A stretch of 64,000 bases of DNA from positions 19,964,001 to 20,028,000 of the forward strand of contig OX597832.1 of NCBI GenBank assembly GCA_951406725.2. The letters run 5' to 3'. The notes beneath the pieces were generated by a model. It saw nothing but the letters and a program-made list of their open reading frames with translations. It ran no database searches and was not told where the DNA came from. The stretch's first letter is position 1. Each line of letters starts with the position of its first letter. Positions 42,911 to 58,649 of this stretch are shown piece by piece. Position numbers and translations under genes: made by a program. The DNA is from Octopus vulgaris. Taxonomy: Eukaryota.

Positions 42911-44784
42911 ATGAAAAACGAAAAGCCATGGCTTGGATAGGCAGATGACGAGGCATGACTGGAGCTAAGAAACATCAACTCTATCTGCCATGAAAAGAGG
43001 AGATAGAATGATAACAACAACTTCTAATGACATCATTTTACTACAAAGATCCATGCAAAGTTTTTAAAATTTTACCTGAATAGATAACAACAAAACATTA
43101 TGTTATTTACTCATTTTTCCTAAGAGAATCCCGAAGGATGTGAGAAATTTTCTCATACAAAATTAATCTTGTTTTGAACATCAATGTCCATTTTAAACCG
43201 AGGTTCATTTCCAGTTTTTCTTGGGTCAACCGAAGTGAAACGAATTTTCACCGCAAAGAGATCATTGTCGCATATAGGCTTTATTTTTCTTAGGCAGTCG
43301 TCCCAACAACACAAGGTATCGCTTCTTAAATCGATAATACTTAAACGCATAGTCTGGTACCGATTTACATCCGAGATAATCGTTCCGTCTCTAACAACCA
43401 AGTCTCCTTCAAATTCATATTAAATATTACGTTACCTTCTTAAATAATAAAACCCCGTTGGAGTTCCTTGGCAATGGCATAGATGACAGACTTGTCATCA
43501 TTGGAATCCCTTTGAATGTATATCTGTTCACTCAGGGTGGATTTGGGATTAAACAACAATTAAATATATTTACTGTTCAGTGGACAATTGAGAATTTGCA
43601 TCACAGAGTAGGTAATTTGAAGTCGTTAGTTTCAAATTAGAGACTGATTTTGGCACAAAATTCTATCGTTCATTTTCTAAATGCAATTGGAACGTGACAA
43701 AAGAAATACCAGCTATGTGGTTAGGTTGATTTACTTGAGACGACACATCAGCCTACAAACTTACAGTGTTTGTATACTCAATATTCGGCGGTTTTTCTGT
43801 CACCACGCCCATTTTTATTTTCGATATCCCTTTTTCTTTTCTCACTCTCTTTCCTCCAGCTGTTTATTTATCCCCCAGTTTTCGCGATCCTGATGTAAAG
43901 AAATATAATTCTTTCTTTGACTAGCATTTCTTTGATTCTCTGATGTTTTCTCTCCCTACGTCTGAAGAAGTTACTACTTTCACTATATAACTTACATCTA
44001 CACTCACACAAGAACATACACAAACTTTCTTTACCCTTCCCCTTCTCTATCCCTCTCGTTCTCACTCTCAGAAACATACCTTCTCTAACGCACACAATCG
44101 GTCTCTCTCACCTCCCATTCTCTCGCTCTCTCAAACACATACACACACTCACTCCCACAAACAAACATTAACTTCCTTTATATTCACACCTCGTTCCTCC
44201 AAACTTCAGTTTCTCTTCTTATTTATTGACCAAAATCCAAACCGAAACAAAATGAAAAACTATTTGTAAGAAATAATATTTCATATACAACCCTACCTCA
44301 TCCACATTTTCAAACTCAATACAAGTCCATTAATTATATCGTCAGTTTTGCAAATATTTTATTCCATGAAACACCATATTTTTTTTTTACATTTTTTCTT
44401 ATTTCTTTATTTTTTAAAATTAAATTTTACTTCTCATTCTTTTCACTTTTACCTAGCGCGCTTTCACGTCCAATTATATGTGTTTTGTTGATTTTAAACA
44501 TAAAAAATATACGTATATGTTATTCCTCAAAATACATAAATATATTTTTTTTAAATCCACAAAATGCAGTTGTTTCATAGTGAAATTTCAATGGAGTTAG
44601 GTCTCCAATTTCCACCATTTTCTCTATTCTATTTATCACTGTCCTCATTCAAAGACAGTAGCAATCTGCCGTAATTGTTATACCAAATATCTTCGCAAAA
44701 CTCATTCACTATCACTCAGTCAGATCTTTTGATCCCACCATTTCTTTTTCATAATATACTTCTTTTTGTCTGGGCGAGTACAGA

Positions 44785-44846
<62 letters not shown>

Positions 44847-44849
44847 TTT

Positions 44850-45490
<641 letters not shown>

Positions 45491-45539
45491 CATTATTATT
45501 ATTTTTATTATTATTATTAAAATCATTATTATTAATGCG

Positions 45540-45997
45540 ATAGGTAAAATATACGAATCCCAGTATACCAACCATGACCACACGTCGGATAAGAGTACAT
45601 CAGGCACATGCATCACAACCGTATGTGCGCGACATGGTGATCTCATATCTAGATAAACAGCGCATGAACTTGCACAGTTAGAATTTTCTTCAGGACGAAT
45701 AGCCCATCCCGATTAAAAGGTCCCTGAATAAGTGTTCTTTAAGGATGTTGAACGAAACACCCAGGTTTCCAATGGTGAATTATCCGAACCCCAAAGAATA
45801 CCCCTCAACACATGTCTATGATGCTCCCCCACTACTTCTGCTCGTGATCAGGGATGCACAAATCGTCAGCCACTAAGGGAATATTTGCTGTAGCCCATCT
45901 TTTATACATAGACAAAACAATGTACATGATAACAATTCCAATCTGTTAAGATCAGAAGACATGAAAGCCACTGCTTGATACTGCATCAGGGCATTTA
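45540..45997. mobile_element. unclassified interspersed repeat embedded in trinucleotide arrays
   Basis: 45543-45648 is homologous to 55432-55536 (gtaaaatatacgaa…cagtatacc…gataagggtacaccaggcac…gcgacatggtgatctcatatc); both copies are bounded by triplet microsatellites. Confidence 0.7.
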
Positions 45998-46032
45998 TTG
46001 TTGCTATTATTATTATTATTATTATTATTATT

Positions 46033-46175
<143 letters not shown>

Positions 46176-46183
46176 CATCATCA

Positions 46184-46257
<74 letters not shown>

Positions 46258-46364
46258 TTCCAACTGAATTGCATTTTATTTCACTTTCTAAAGGGATCTC
46301 AACCAGGAACTTAAGGCAAATATATATTGGATGGAGCGAAACTGACGTAGAATGGTCGCTGTTA

Positions 46365-46472
46365 ATGCCCACACAATGTTTTGAGTTTCATAGATTGTGG
46401 ATTTCTCAGGAATATTGTCAAAAAATTTGTCGGTACGTTTCTTGATCATTTCCAGTGTACCTACAACAAAAC
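46365..46472 (-). pseudogene. R4/Dong-like RLE C-terminal stub
   Basis: Minus translation FVVGTLEMIKKRTDKFFDNIPEKSTIYETQNIV is homologous to VIVRALGIIKKGTENYMRMIPGLPSLQEVQKIV of the 44850 copy. Confidence 0.7.
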
Positions 46473-46485
46473 GGGTGGTTTTGGT

Positions 46486-46640
46486 TTCTTCTTCTTCTTC
46501 TTCTTCTTCTTCTTCTTCTTCTTCTTCTTCTTCTTCTTCTTCTTCTTCTTCTTCTTCTTCTTCTTCTTCTTCTTCTTCTTCTTCTTCTTCTTCTTCTTCT
46601 TCTTCTTCTTCTTCTTCTTCTTCTTCTTCTTCTTCTTCTT
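46486..46640 (+). repeat. pure (TTC)n, about 51 units
   Basis: Directly visible. Confidence 0.97.
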
Positions 46641-47390
46641 GTTTGCATATGCACTCATAGGATTAGATATTTGGATAATAAAAGGTCTTAACATCGGGCT
46701 ACGGCTGTTTTCTGTAGCTGTCCTAAACTGGGTTTTATGCCTATTTCCTCTATCAATCTGTTTAGATCTTTAGAGATAGTTCCCAATGCACCAACATCTA
46801 CTGGAATGTATTTTACCCGCTATTTACCTGCAATTCACTGGCTAGATCAATAGCTGGTACTTTGTTATTTTTTCTATACATTCCCTATTGATTTTTTTCA
46901 TGATTTGGAACTGTAAAATCAATCATCAGGCACTTTCTGGTCTCTTTACATACTACTACAAAATCAGGCCTTCTAGCTTCTATTACTCTTTCAGTTTGAT
47001 TGCTAAAGTCCCTCAACATCTTGCATTTCTTACTTACTAGAACTTTATTAGATTCATGTTCATACCATTTATTAGTGCGTTCAAATCCTAGCTTTTTACA
47101 TAACCCCCAGTGGTTTACTCTCCCTAGGTTGTCATGTCTTGTATTATTTCTGTACCAGCATGCCACATTCACTTACTCTTTGAGTAAACCCATGACCTAC
47201 TTGCTTTTTGTCTATCTTGGATTTTATCGAATTAGTCCTTAATGCTTGGACTTATGCAGCTAAAACAAACTTTCTGCCTCCATTTTTAGCTTTTATTTCT
47301 GCAACCATAGCTATGTCTCACTACTACAATTTCCTGCGACTATCTTTAGGAATATACCATGCAACGCCTTCTACTACAAGTCAGATAATT
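46641..47390 (-). pseudogene. R4/Dong-like retrotransposon RLE domain fragment
   Basis: RHDNLGRVNHWGLCKKLG…WYEHE…RDFSNQTERVIEARRPDFVVV…CLMIDFTVP, then IPVDVGALGTISKDL…GQLQKTA: RHD and RPD…D motifs of the PD-(D/E)xK endonuclease. Confidence 0.88.
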
Positions 47391-47428
47391 GGTTTTTAAA
47401 TTTGTTTGGGTCTTATTGTTGTTGTTGC

Positions 47429-47579
<151 letters not shown>

Positions 47580-47694
47580 TTCCAACTGAATTGCATTTAA
47601 TTTCACTTTCTAACCGGATCTCAACAAGGAACTTAAGGCACATATATATTGGATGGAGCGAAACTGACGTAGAATGGTCGTTTGTTTTAATCGT

Positions 47695-48099
47695 AGGGAC
47701 GTTTTATTGTGTTGCTTTTCATAAACTTTCTTCACTATTACCTACATAGGAGTCTGTATCTACTCTAGCTAACTCCCTGCAGTCTAATACTGATTTTAAC
47801 CCTCTTCCGCCTTCCTTTCTACGTAAGTATAACCTTGCTACTTCTGCCCTTGGGTGGAGTCCTCCATTCATATTGAAATTCTTCCTTGTTCTTCAGTCTA
47901 GCTTTGCTAATTCAGCTTTTATTCAATATACAAAAGCTGCTGAATATCTAAGTGATGACACTGCCCACGTATTTACAGCCTTCACTAAATTTGGACCACT
48001 TATCATTGACATCGTTAGCTTCCTCACCCTTCTAGTGTAATCCTTCTTAATTTTCTTTCTCATTTCTATAGTTAGTACTCTGACAGCTTCCAGCACTGC

Positions 48100-48100
<1 letters not shown>
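47695..48100 (-). pseudogene. R4/Dong-like retrotransposon RT thumb region
   Basis: KKDYTRRVRKL…NLVKAVNTWAVSSLRYSA, then LD*RTRKNFNMNGGLHPRAEVARLYLRRKEGGRGL (HPxAxVxRLYxxRxxGGRGL). Confidence 0.88.
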
Positions 48101-48132
<32 letters not shown>

Positions 48133-48197
48133 TGCATTATTATTATTATTGTTGGTTGTTGTTGTTGTTATTACTATTATTATTATTATTATTATTA

Positions 48198-48260
<63 letters not shown>

Positions 48261-48469
48261 TATGTTTGACTTTTGCTTTATATTTGTACAAGTTGGCTCC
48301 AAGTCTCACCCAGAGACCTCAAGAGACAACAGGGTTGGAAGTTCATGTTGTTGTTATGCCTAGTGTGCTATATATTTTGGGGGTGGGGGTGTTGTACTAA
48401 TGAATGTCTAAAAAAAGTTTTTTTTATTTTTTTTTTAAACCGAAAATTATGTTTGTTTTAAACCTTGAG

Positions 48470-48583
<114 letters not shown>

Positions 48584-49282
48584 ATTATTATTATTACTTA
48601 ATCTATCAATGATGCGAACCGCTCCAAGTTAAGAGACCTCCAGTAGCAGCATCTTGGACGTATTACTGTAGGGGTTATTTATGCTTAGCAACGATATATT
48701 GTACTGGAAGGAGACCAGAATCTGATAACTTGAATTCTTTGAAATTTATATTTCAGTTCTGAAGGATTTTAATAGGAATCAGGCATTTTAAGCTTGATCC
48801 TATTTTTCTAAAGATTTGGGCAGTTTCTTAGGGAACAGTAGACATTTTTGTCGTTTTGATGAGTTGGGGATGTCCTGATAGTTGAATTTATTGTTTAAGA
48901 GAGACTTCTCTTGTGGTAAACTAATATCTGATGATAACTGATACACGTATTAGTCTTTGAGGCCATATTTTCAGACCTCTATTTCAAGGCCTTTATATTT
49001 ACTTAACATTCCAATGTCTTTACAAATCTTTTGCAGTCTTCTGCATATCTCAGAGCAGATTTATTTATTTTTTTGTCAACGTGATGTTTTTCATAAAACG
49101 TAGTTTATTGGTCTTTATTCCAAGACATATAATAATTATTATCATTACCAAAATTATTATTGCTATTGTTACTGGTAAATGTTCCTTATAATATTAGTAT
49201 AATTGTTGTTGTTGATGTTGTTGTTGTTATTCTTTTTATTATTACCATTAATATATAAGGGGTGGGGTAACTCCTCCTCGAT

Positions 49283-49505
49283 ATATAGTCAAAATTAAAA
49301 GAAGTGTGCCATTGTTATCTAGTGAAGGGTAATTCGACATCTTTTGTGTCTTCAACTGGTTCAAAAAATAAATTTGCGAAACTACTTCATTTTGATTAAT
49401 ATATAAAGGATTCACAAATTTAATTTTTGAACCAGTTGAAGACACACAAGATGTCGAATTATCGTTCACCAGATAAAAATGGCAGTCTTCTTTAAATGTT
49501 GACTC

Positions 49506-49507
<2 letters not shown>
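49283..49507. mobile_element. palindromic MITE-like element with about 97-bp imperfect arms
   Basis: 49283-49380 is the reverse complement of 49411-49507 with roughly a dozen mismatches; 30-nt AT-rich spacer. Confidence 0.8.
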
Positions 49508-49565
<58 letters not shown>

Positions 49566-49742
49566 GATTATTATTATTATTATTATTATTATTTACATCA
49601 TCATCATCATCTTACAGTAGCGTTATTTTTATCACGATTCCATTACTACACGGCAGTAAATTTTACCCCAAAATTCCTTAAGACTTTCCTTCTTTTCATC
49701 CATTTGGACATATATTACTGCCTCGAAACATATTTATTCGGG

Positions 49743-49788
<46 letters not shown>

Positions 49789-49958
49789 TATATATTTATG
49801 TATATATATGTATGTGTGTATGTATATATATGTGTGTGTTTGTGTGTGTGCATTTACATATGCATACTTGTATACATATATATATATATATATACATACA
49901 TATATGCGTCTGCATAAGTATATATATGTATGTGTATATACATATACATATATATGTT

Positions 49959-49998
<40 letters not shown>

Positions 49999-50125
49999 TA
50001 TATGAGTGTGTATATATATATTTGTGTGTGCGTAGTTATCTATGTATATGTAAATAAATATTTATCAATATTGATTTCTACATTTACACATATGTTTGTG
50101 TGCAGTTACAATTAAATCTATATGA

Positions 50126-50179
<54 letters not shown>

Positions 50180-50935
50180 TTGTGTGTGTGTGCTTGTGTG
50201 TCTGTGTGAGTGTGAGTTTCTGTGTGTGCATGTGTGTGTATGTACGTCTTTGTGTCTCTGTGTGTTTGTTTCTCTGATTCTGTGCGGACATACATACATA
50301 CATACATACATAAATACATGCGCACGCATAGAGGGACGCATACGTATACATGGGGCTTTTGTGACAGTGTATGCCATTCGTAGAATTCATTCATTATATT
50401 TTTTCCTTGAAATTTTTTTTTTGTTTAAAATGAAATGAATATAATTAACAAAATTTCACTACTGAACCAATTCCAAAAATAACTCAAAGATTTCAATAAC
50501 AGCAACAACAATAACAAGAAGATGAGATATATAACACAGAAGAATATAATGGTAATACATAAAAACGAACGGGATAAAAACAAAAACAATAATACTAATA
50601 ACATTAAAATAAATAATGGGGGGTATGAATGCAATTCAAAATTAATAAGATGTGTGTTATGGTGGTGGAAATTAAAGGGGGACGGATGAGGAAAATAAGG
50701 CTGCATCTTTATATGTGTACATAGATATGTATATATATATATGTGCGCGAGTGCTTTTGTCTATATATATGTGTGTTTGTGTGTATGTGTGTGTGCGTCT
50801 GTCTGTCTGTATAAATATACATATATATGTATAAATATATATATATGTGTGTGAGTGTATGTGTATATGTAGATATATGTGTACATATACGTGTACATAT
50901 ACATATATAGCTATATATATATAGATATGCATATA

Positions 50936-50992
<57 letters not shown>

Positions 50993-51084
50993 ATATAGGG
51001 TGTGCGTGTAAAGAAAACATATATGTGTATTTTGATATATATGTATATAAGTTAGTGCTTATATATATACATATATATATATAT

Positions 51085-51167
<83 letters not shown>

Positions 51168-51701
51168 TGTGTGGTATAGAGAGAAAGATAGAGTGATAGA
51201 CAGAGAGAAAAATAGATATATGTACATATTTGTATACATCTATAAAAACAACTGAAGAAACATACGCGCAGAAACATATTTGTGTGTATGTTGATATATA
51301 TTTTTATATACCTACGTAGATATACACACCTACATAAACAACTCACCGAAGAGAAGGGAAATGTTTGCATCCTATTGTAGGCAGTGTATGATGGGCGGAA
51401 TGTAATAATGCGCTTGTTGTTGTAGAGGTTTTGTTTGTTGTTTGTGTTGGTGGTGGTTGTTCTGGTATTATTAGTAATATTTTTGTGAGTTCTGTTGGTT
51501 CTGCGAGATATGGTAGTGGTGTGGAGTTTGTTATAGTTATGCCAGTAAAGTTTACATCGAAGAAAAATGAGTAAATAGCACGGAATTCAGAAATAAGCGA
51601 AAACATAATTGAAAAAAAAAGAAAAACCTCTTGTCCTCACATATATACACATCTACATACATACACATATACATCATTACGTACATACACACACAATAAT
51701 A

Positions 51702-51810
<109 letters not shown>

Positions 51811-51911
51811 GTATATCTATCTATTTACATATATATATATATACATACAGATATATATATAGAGAGATAGATATACATATATACATACACACACATATAT
51901 ATATAATGATA

Positions 51912-51957
<46 letters not shown>

Positions 51958-51990
51958 TCTGTATATATGTGTGTATGTATATATATGTAT

Positions 51991-52022
<32 letters not shown>

Positions 52023-52110
52023 TTATGTACACACATATATGTACATATGTTTTCATATGCTTATTGATACGTGTGTGTGCGTGTATATGTGTGTAAATGA
52101 GTGTATATCA

Positions 52111-52159
<49 letters not shown>

Positions 52160-52552
52160 ACAAGAAGGCAAATAATAGCAAAAACAACAAGAGGAAACTC
52201 TATAAAAATGAAAAAAATGAATATAAAATAAGATAAGAAGAACCTGATATAAGGATATAACGAGTACGTATGTTCTAGGACGGAAATGGTTGTTGTTATT
52301 GTTTGGCGTTGTTTATGTTATTTTCAAAGAATATCCTTATATAGTTTCTTGAAGAAGAAAACAAATATAAGACAACACAAGAGGAAGAAAAGAAAAAAAA
52401 AACAGAAATGTAAACAAAACAAAAACAAATTGCAATAACGATAACACGAAAGCAAGAACAATAAAAAAGCTATATCGTCACAATGTCTTTCTTATATTAG
52501 ACTAAATATTAAGAAAAAAAATCACCTCTCCTTATGTATATATAGATATATA

Positions 52553-52609
<57 letters not shown>

Positions 52610-52685
52610 TATATACATATCTATATATATGTACATATACATATATTTATCTATATATACATATATATTTATACATAGTTATACG

Positions 52686-52721
<36 letters not shown>

Positions 52722-52805
52722 AAAATCTAAAGATATATATAGATATATTTACATATATAAGTATGTGTGTATATATATATGTATATATATATAATATATA
52801 TATAA

Positions 52806-52852
<47 letters not shown>

Positions 52853-53221
52853 GTAGGCAGAGTTAGAGGTTGAAAGAGTGATTCATATTTGTTTTTGTGT
52901 CCTTCATTTTGATTTTGTCATTTTGATATTTTGTTGTTTTTTCAATGTGAGAGTTTTTCCCTACTTTTCTTTAATATATCGAACTCTATCAGAGTTGTAT
53001 GTCTTCCCTTTAGCAGTGCGTAGTATCTCCTCTTATATTTATTTTAGTCTGTCAGAATCCGTGACAGTTGCTCTGAATCTGATCGTAGTATATTAGTTCC
53101 TACGGGCACTTATACTAGCCATGGTCAAAATACATCGAACTAGTGCTATTTCTTCCACCCTCTTCTGCAGTGCAAGGTAAAAAGCTATATCTATATTTAT
53201 ATAGATACGTGCATATATATA

Positions 53222-53400
53222 TAGTCAATTCAAAAATACTCAGAGGAAAATAAAAATGAATAAAACGTGAGGACGTAGCATAAGAAATGTAATAACCTTG
53301 CGCTCAGAGAAAGAAAAGAGTAGTAGTTTTACGTTTCAAGCATAGACCCTCTTCGGGAAGAGGAACAACAGGTAAGTCTAAGGAGGTGGGAAAACGCCAA
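53222..53400 (-). mobile_element. Penelope-like terminal-repeat fragment, decayed
   Basis: Minus strand ccgaagagggtctatgcttgaaacgtaaaac; layout matches the 34701 copy; abuts a TA tract. Confidence 0.5.
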
Positions 53401-54139
53401 TATATACACATACATACACATCCACACAGACGCACACACATACACACACACCTATGTCGTTATATTTCTAGAATGTTTTGTGTTTTTACCAAATAAATTC
53501 ACGCACTATATACTCGTTCTTCATTTATTATTGTTCTTATTTTATCTGGAAGGTTTTCGTCACACGCCTGAGACTACTTCAGCGTCTCCTCCTATTCTGT
53601 TTTGTCCATTCTGTGTTTTCATGGTGTGTATCCTTATCTGCGCATGAGTTTGCGTCTGTATCTGCGTGTGTTGGGGAAGGGAGATTTTGCGTGTATGTAC
53701 ACGTGTCTATGTGTTTCGTATGTGTGCTTTGTGTATTGGATTTGCTCACTAAATGGATGTCATTATTATCATCATCATCATTATCTTGACTCTCGAATGT
53801 GTGGGTAGTGGGTTAGTCCTTGTAACCTTACCTATCCACAAATTTGTAATCAGCTATCCAATGCTCAAAACGGTTTTGATAGACTTTCCTGACACTAAAA
53901 GACAAACATTCTGCAATCTTCATTATCCTTTTGCCTGTGTCAACACTCATATTTCTTACTGCAGTGAATATAACAGGTACAAACTTTATACACTACATTA
54001 TCCATATCGTTGAAATCTCAAATTTTATCGTATTTTATTGTTTAAAAACTTTTTGTCTGCTTTCTTCACAATCTTAGTATGAAAGATATATGACTTCATA
54101 AACATTTTGTGACAGATTTTAATTTTCTTAATTGTCTCC

Positions 54140-54900
54140 TTTTCTTACCCCTCCATTACCTGGTTTTACTACTGTTGCTCCGTTGATTTCCTTTTCCTCT
54201 TCTATTCTTCTCTCAATTTTCCTAACCTCTAATTCTGTAATGTAAACATCTATACGAAGTGCCCTTGCATGCTTTAATAATCGTTGGGCGAAAACTTCAA
54301 ACAGGCGCAGGAGTGGCTGTGTAGTAAGTAGCTTGCTAACCAACCACATGGTTCCGGGTTCAGTTCCACTGCGTGGCATCTTGGGCAAGTGTCTTCTGCT
54401 ATAGCCCCGGGCCGACCAAAACCTTCTGAGTGGATTTGGTTGACGGAAACTGAAAGAAGCCTGTCGTATATATGTATATATATATATATATAAGTGTTTG
54501 TGTATATGTTTGTGTGTCTGTGTTTGTCCCCCTAACATTGCTTGACAACCGATGCTGGTGTGTTTATGTCCCCGTCACCTAGCGGTTCGGCAAAAGAGAC
54601 CGATAGAATAAGTACTGGGCTTACAAAGAATAAGTCCCGGGGTCGATTTGCTCGACTAAAGGCAGTGCTCCAGCATGGCCGCAGTCAAATGACTGAAACA
54701 ACTAAAAGAGTAAAAGAGTAAAGAGTAATCCCTTTGCACCCTATATCTTCAGTCATTTCATGAAACATATTCAATTCAGCTCATTTCTCAGGTAACATTC
54801 AATCACATTCTGGTTTACCTCTTTTTTCCAGTTTATTTTTCTCCCGTTGCACTTTTAGTTTTAACCTTGATCGTGATTAATATCCTGTTAACAACCTGTC
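54140..54900 (-). pseudogene. R4/Dong-like ORF N-terminal region, split by a SINE
   Basis: Removing the SINE gives RKINWKKEVNQNVIECYLRNELN*ICFMK*LKI*GAKGLFEVFAQRLLKHARALRI…TELEVRKIERRI, which resembles the KWxKEVN…ECY…GMFEVxEQRL…AR…LE motif of this clade as recalled. Confidence 0.65.
54304..54726 (+). mobile_element. SINE family A, full length, apparently young
   Basis: ggcgcaggagtggctgtgtagtaag…gggttcagttcc…cttgggcaagtgtc…gcagtcaaatgactgaaaca followed by (AAAAGAGT)3. Confidence 0.93.
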
Positions 54901-55264
54901 GCAGCTTTATCACACACGCCAGAATTACCATGGGCGCTTCCTTGACTGTTGACACCCTGTCTCCATTAACGTAGTTATTTCGATTATTGGAATTTGACAT
55001 TTTCACTCACTTTGAGGTAGCATTCAAAAGTTTGTGCAATCTACCAGGATTTTTGTCGTTATTCCATCACTGAGTGGCCAGCCGAGGCTTAGGGATTCGA
55101 ATCCAAATCCTAATACAAAATATTCGATAACTAACTCTCATGAGTTCCTCCGCCATCGACTGATCATGGGTTTTATCAGGCAGAGTATCAATCATCATCT
55201 TCCTCACCAAAAAGGCTTTGTGGGATTGCCTCTTTAGTCGCTTACAACTCGACCATTATTATTA

Positions 55265-55298
<34 letters not shown>

Positions 55299-55314
55299 TA
55301 CTACTGTTGCTGCA

Positions 55315-55392
<78 letters not shown>

Positions 55393-55534
55393 GAGTGAGA
55401 GCGCAGTGCATGCCATCAAAGTGACACTGGAGTAAAATATACGAAGCACAGTATACCCATCATGAAAACCCGTCTGATAAGGGTACACCAGGCACAAGCA
55501 TCATGACCAAATGTGTGCGACATGGTGATCTCAT

Positions 55535-55600
<66 letters not shown>

Positions 55601-55604
55601 GTTA

Positions 55605-55660
<56 letters not shown>

Positions 55661-55805
55661 TTGAAACTAGTTGCATCCTTCTCTCGCCAACGCTAGAAGC
55701 TAGTTAAACCATCCATCACCATGCTCAGAATAGCGCAAAAGGACAAGTGCTCTACCATGTTGTTTTTTGTTGATGCTGCTATTTAATGATGGTGATGATG
55801 ATGGC

Positions 55806-55849
<44 letters not shown>

Positions 55850-56139
55850 GGAAGAGGAGGAGGATGTTGCTTTCGTATGCTGAAAGAAAAGAACACATTC
55901 ATGATAGGTATGCGGAGAATATCCATTTGAACCAGATTGAAGTAGAGTGAAAGGTTTGAAATATTCTCAAGACAAACATTAATTTTGTTTCAGATAACGG
56001 TGAAGATACGCAAACGAACGCATACTGATCCGTAAGCCAAACTAACTCAATGAAATAAGAAAGAATAAAATGTTTCATAACGGAGTCCGGTAAAACATTA
56101 ACATCGTTCAGTATAGTATGTAACAACGAAAACAACGAC

Positions 56140-56187
56140 GATGTTGTTGTTACTGCTGCTGCTGCTGCTACTACTACTGCTGCTGCA

Positions 56188-56268
<81 letters not shown>

Positions 56269-56269
56269 A

Positions 56270-56307
<38 letters not shown>

Positions 56308-56308
56308 A

Positions 56309-56370
<62 letters not shown>

Positions 56371-56801
56371 GCTGCTGCTGCTACTACTACTACTACTACT
56401 GCTACTACTACTACTACTACTACTACCACTACTTCTGTTGCTGGGGGTGCTGCCGCTGTTGCTGCTGCTATTGCTGTTAGTTCTGCTGCTGCACATGCTG
56501 CAGATAATGATGATGATTATGAAGATGATGGATGTGGTGGGGTTGGTGGGGATGGAGGGTGATGATGATGATGATGTTGATGATGATGATAATAATAATG
56601 ATAATGATAATAATAATAATAATGATAATAATAATAATAATGATAATAATAATGATAATAATAATAATAATGATAATAATAATAATAATAATAATAATAG
56701 TAATAATAGTAATAATAATAAAAATAATGATAATAATAATAACAACAACAACAACAACAATAATAATAATAATAATAATGATAATAATAATAATAATAAT
56801 G

Positions 56802-56892
<91 letters not shown>

Positions 56893-56975
56893 CAACAACA
56901 ACAACAGCAGCTGAAGCAACAATAATGATAAATCATGATAATGAAAATAATAACAATAATAATAATAATAATAAT
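56140..56975 (+). repeat. trinucleotide mosaic (ACT/GCT/GAT/AAT/AAC)
   Basis: Directly visible. Confidence 0.95.
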
Positions 56976-57669
56976 ACCAATAAAAACATATATAATATAT
57001 AGGTGTATTATGTGTAAGAGTAACGTTATTAATTTTTGTTTATTTGCAAAGAGATACTATATATTTTTCTGGCAAACAAAAAGTTTAATACACAAAACGC
57101 CTCTCCGCCATGTTCGTTCACTCTGATGTTGTATGTATATATATATGCCACCATGATGAAAACCTGTGATGTGAGCCTGTGTTAAACAGATGCCATATAC
57201 TTTCCGACCATTATAACGCGGTAACATCAAACATTTGCCTTGTTTATTATTCCGAATCGTCCTCCTTAATATGTTCTCTCTCTGCCATATTTTATTTTTC
57301 TCTGATACACACGCGCTCTCTCACTTTCTCTCTCTCTCTCCCCCTCTTTTTCCTCTATCTCTATCTCTATTGCTTTATTTTGTTTTTCGTCCATATTCTG
57401 CTAATGTGTGTGAGTCTCCGTGTGTGTGTTTGTGTATTGAAGAGAAATACTACATAGACATACATAGATACATAGATACATAGATACATATATATATATA
57501 TAGTCTTTCGCTTCCATACACACACACACAGAGGCACACATGTAGGCATATTCATATATATATATATATATACGTATATTAGAATATACGTACACAGAAT
57601 AGCAAACACTCGTTGAAACACAGATCTATGTTCACATATACGTGTATGTTTATGTATATGTGAATATAT

Positions 57670-57798
<129 letters not shown>

Positions 57799-57822
57799 TA
57801 TATGTAAACATATCTGTATATG

Positions 57823-57872
<50 letters not shown>

Positions 57873-58649
57873 TACATTTATATTTACACACACATCTACA
57901 CACACACACACACGCACATATATATAATTATACGTATAAACACTTTCAGGCATGCATATATGTATGAATGACTATACGTATCTAGTGATATGAGAAATAT
58001 TTGTAGTGAAAGTCTATACTGAATTTCATCTTTACAAACAGCAGAGGGAAGAACGAGTGAGTAAGAAAAATATAGAAAAGTGTGTACGCGATTGATAGAG
58101 AGACACAGAAAAAAAGGAGCAAGTTTGAGAGAGAGAGTGAGAGAGTGAGAGAGAGAGCGAAAGGGGAGAAAATGAAAGAGAGACAGGGAGACGGAGTTAC
58201 TTAGATCTACCTTATAAAATTTTAGCCAAGTGAGCTGAGCAATCTAAAAGCCTTCTTACGTCAATATCGAAGGTATCCCCTGTGGAACATTGCAAATAGC
58301 CTTGATTGACGTGTTCGCTCGCCACCAATAATCGCTCACCAACCAGTGAAGCCAGCTACGGAATAAATGTGCTCACAAAGAGGACATTCCTAGGTGCACA
58401 TAATTAAAAGTAATTTAGTGATGGAGCTATTTCCACAATATCAATGCGCATTGATTGCTGAGCTTAAGTGAAACAGTGTTGGATATTAATCAAAATGACC
58501 GTTTTTATTGTTCTCGCCTCTTCAGCTTGATCGCTTTCAAACGTTAAAAGCACCTCAGCACACTATATGTTAATTTTGCAGTAAATTATATATACAACGA
58601 ATGATTTGAGGGTATAATGCACATCTCATATATGCAAACGTGTTAATGC

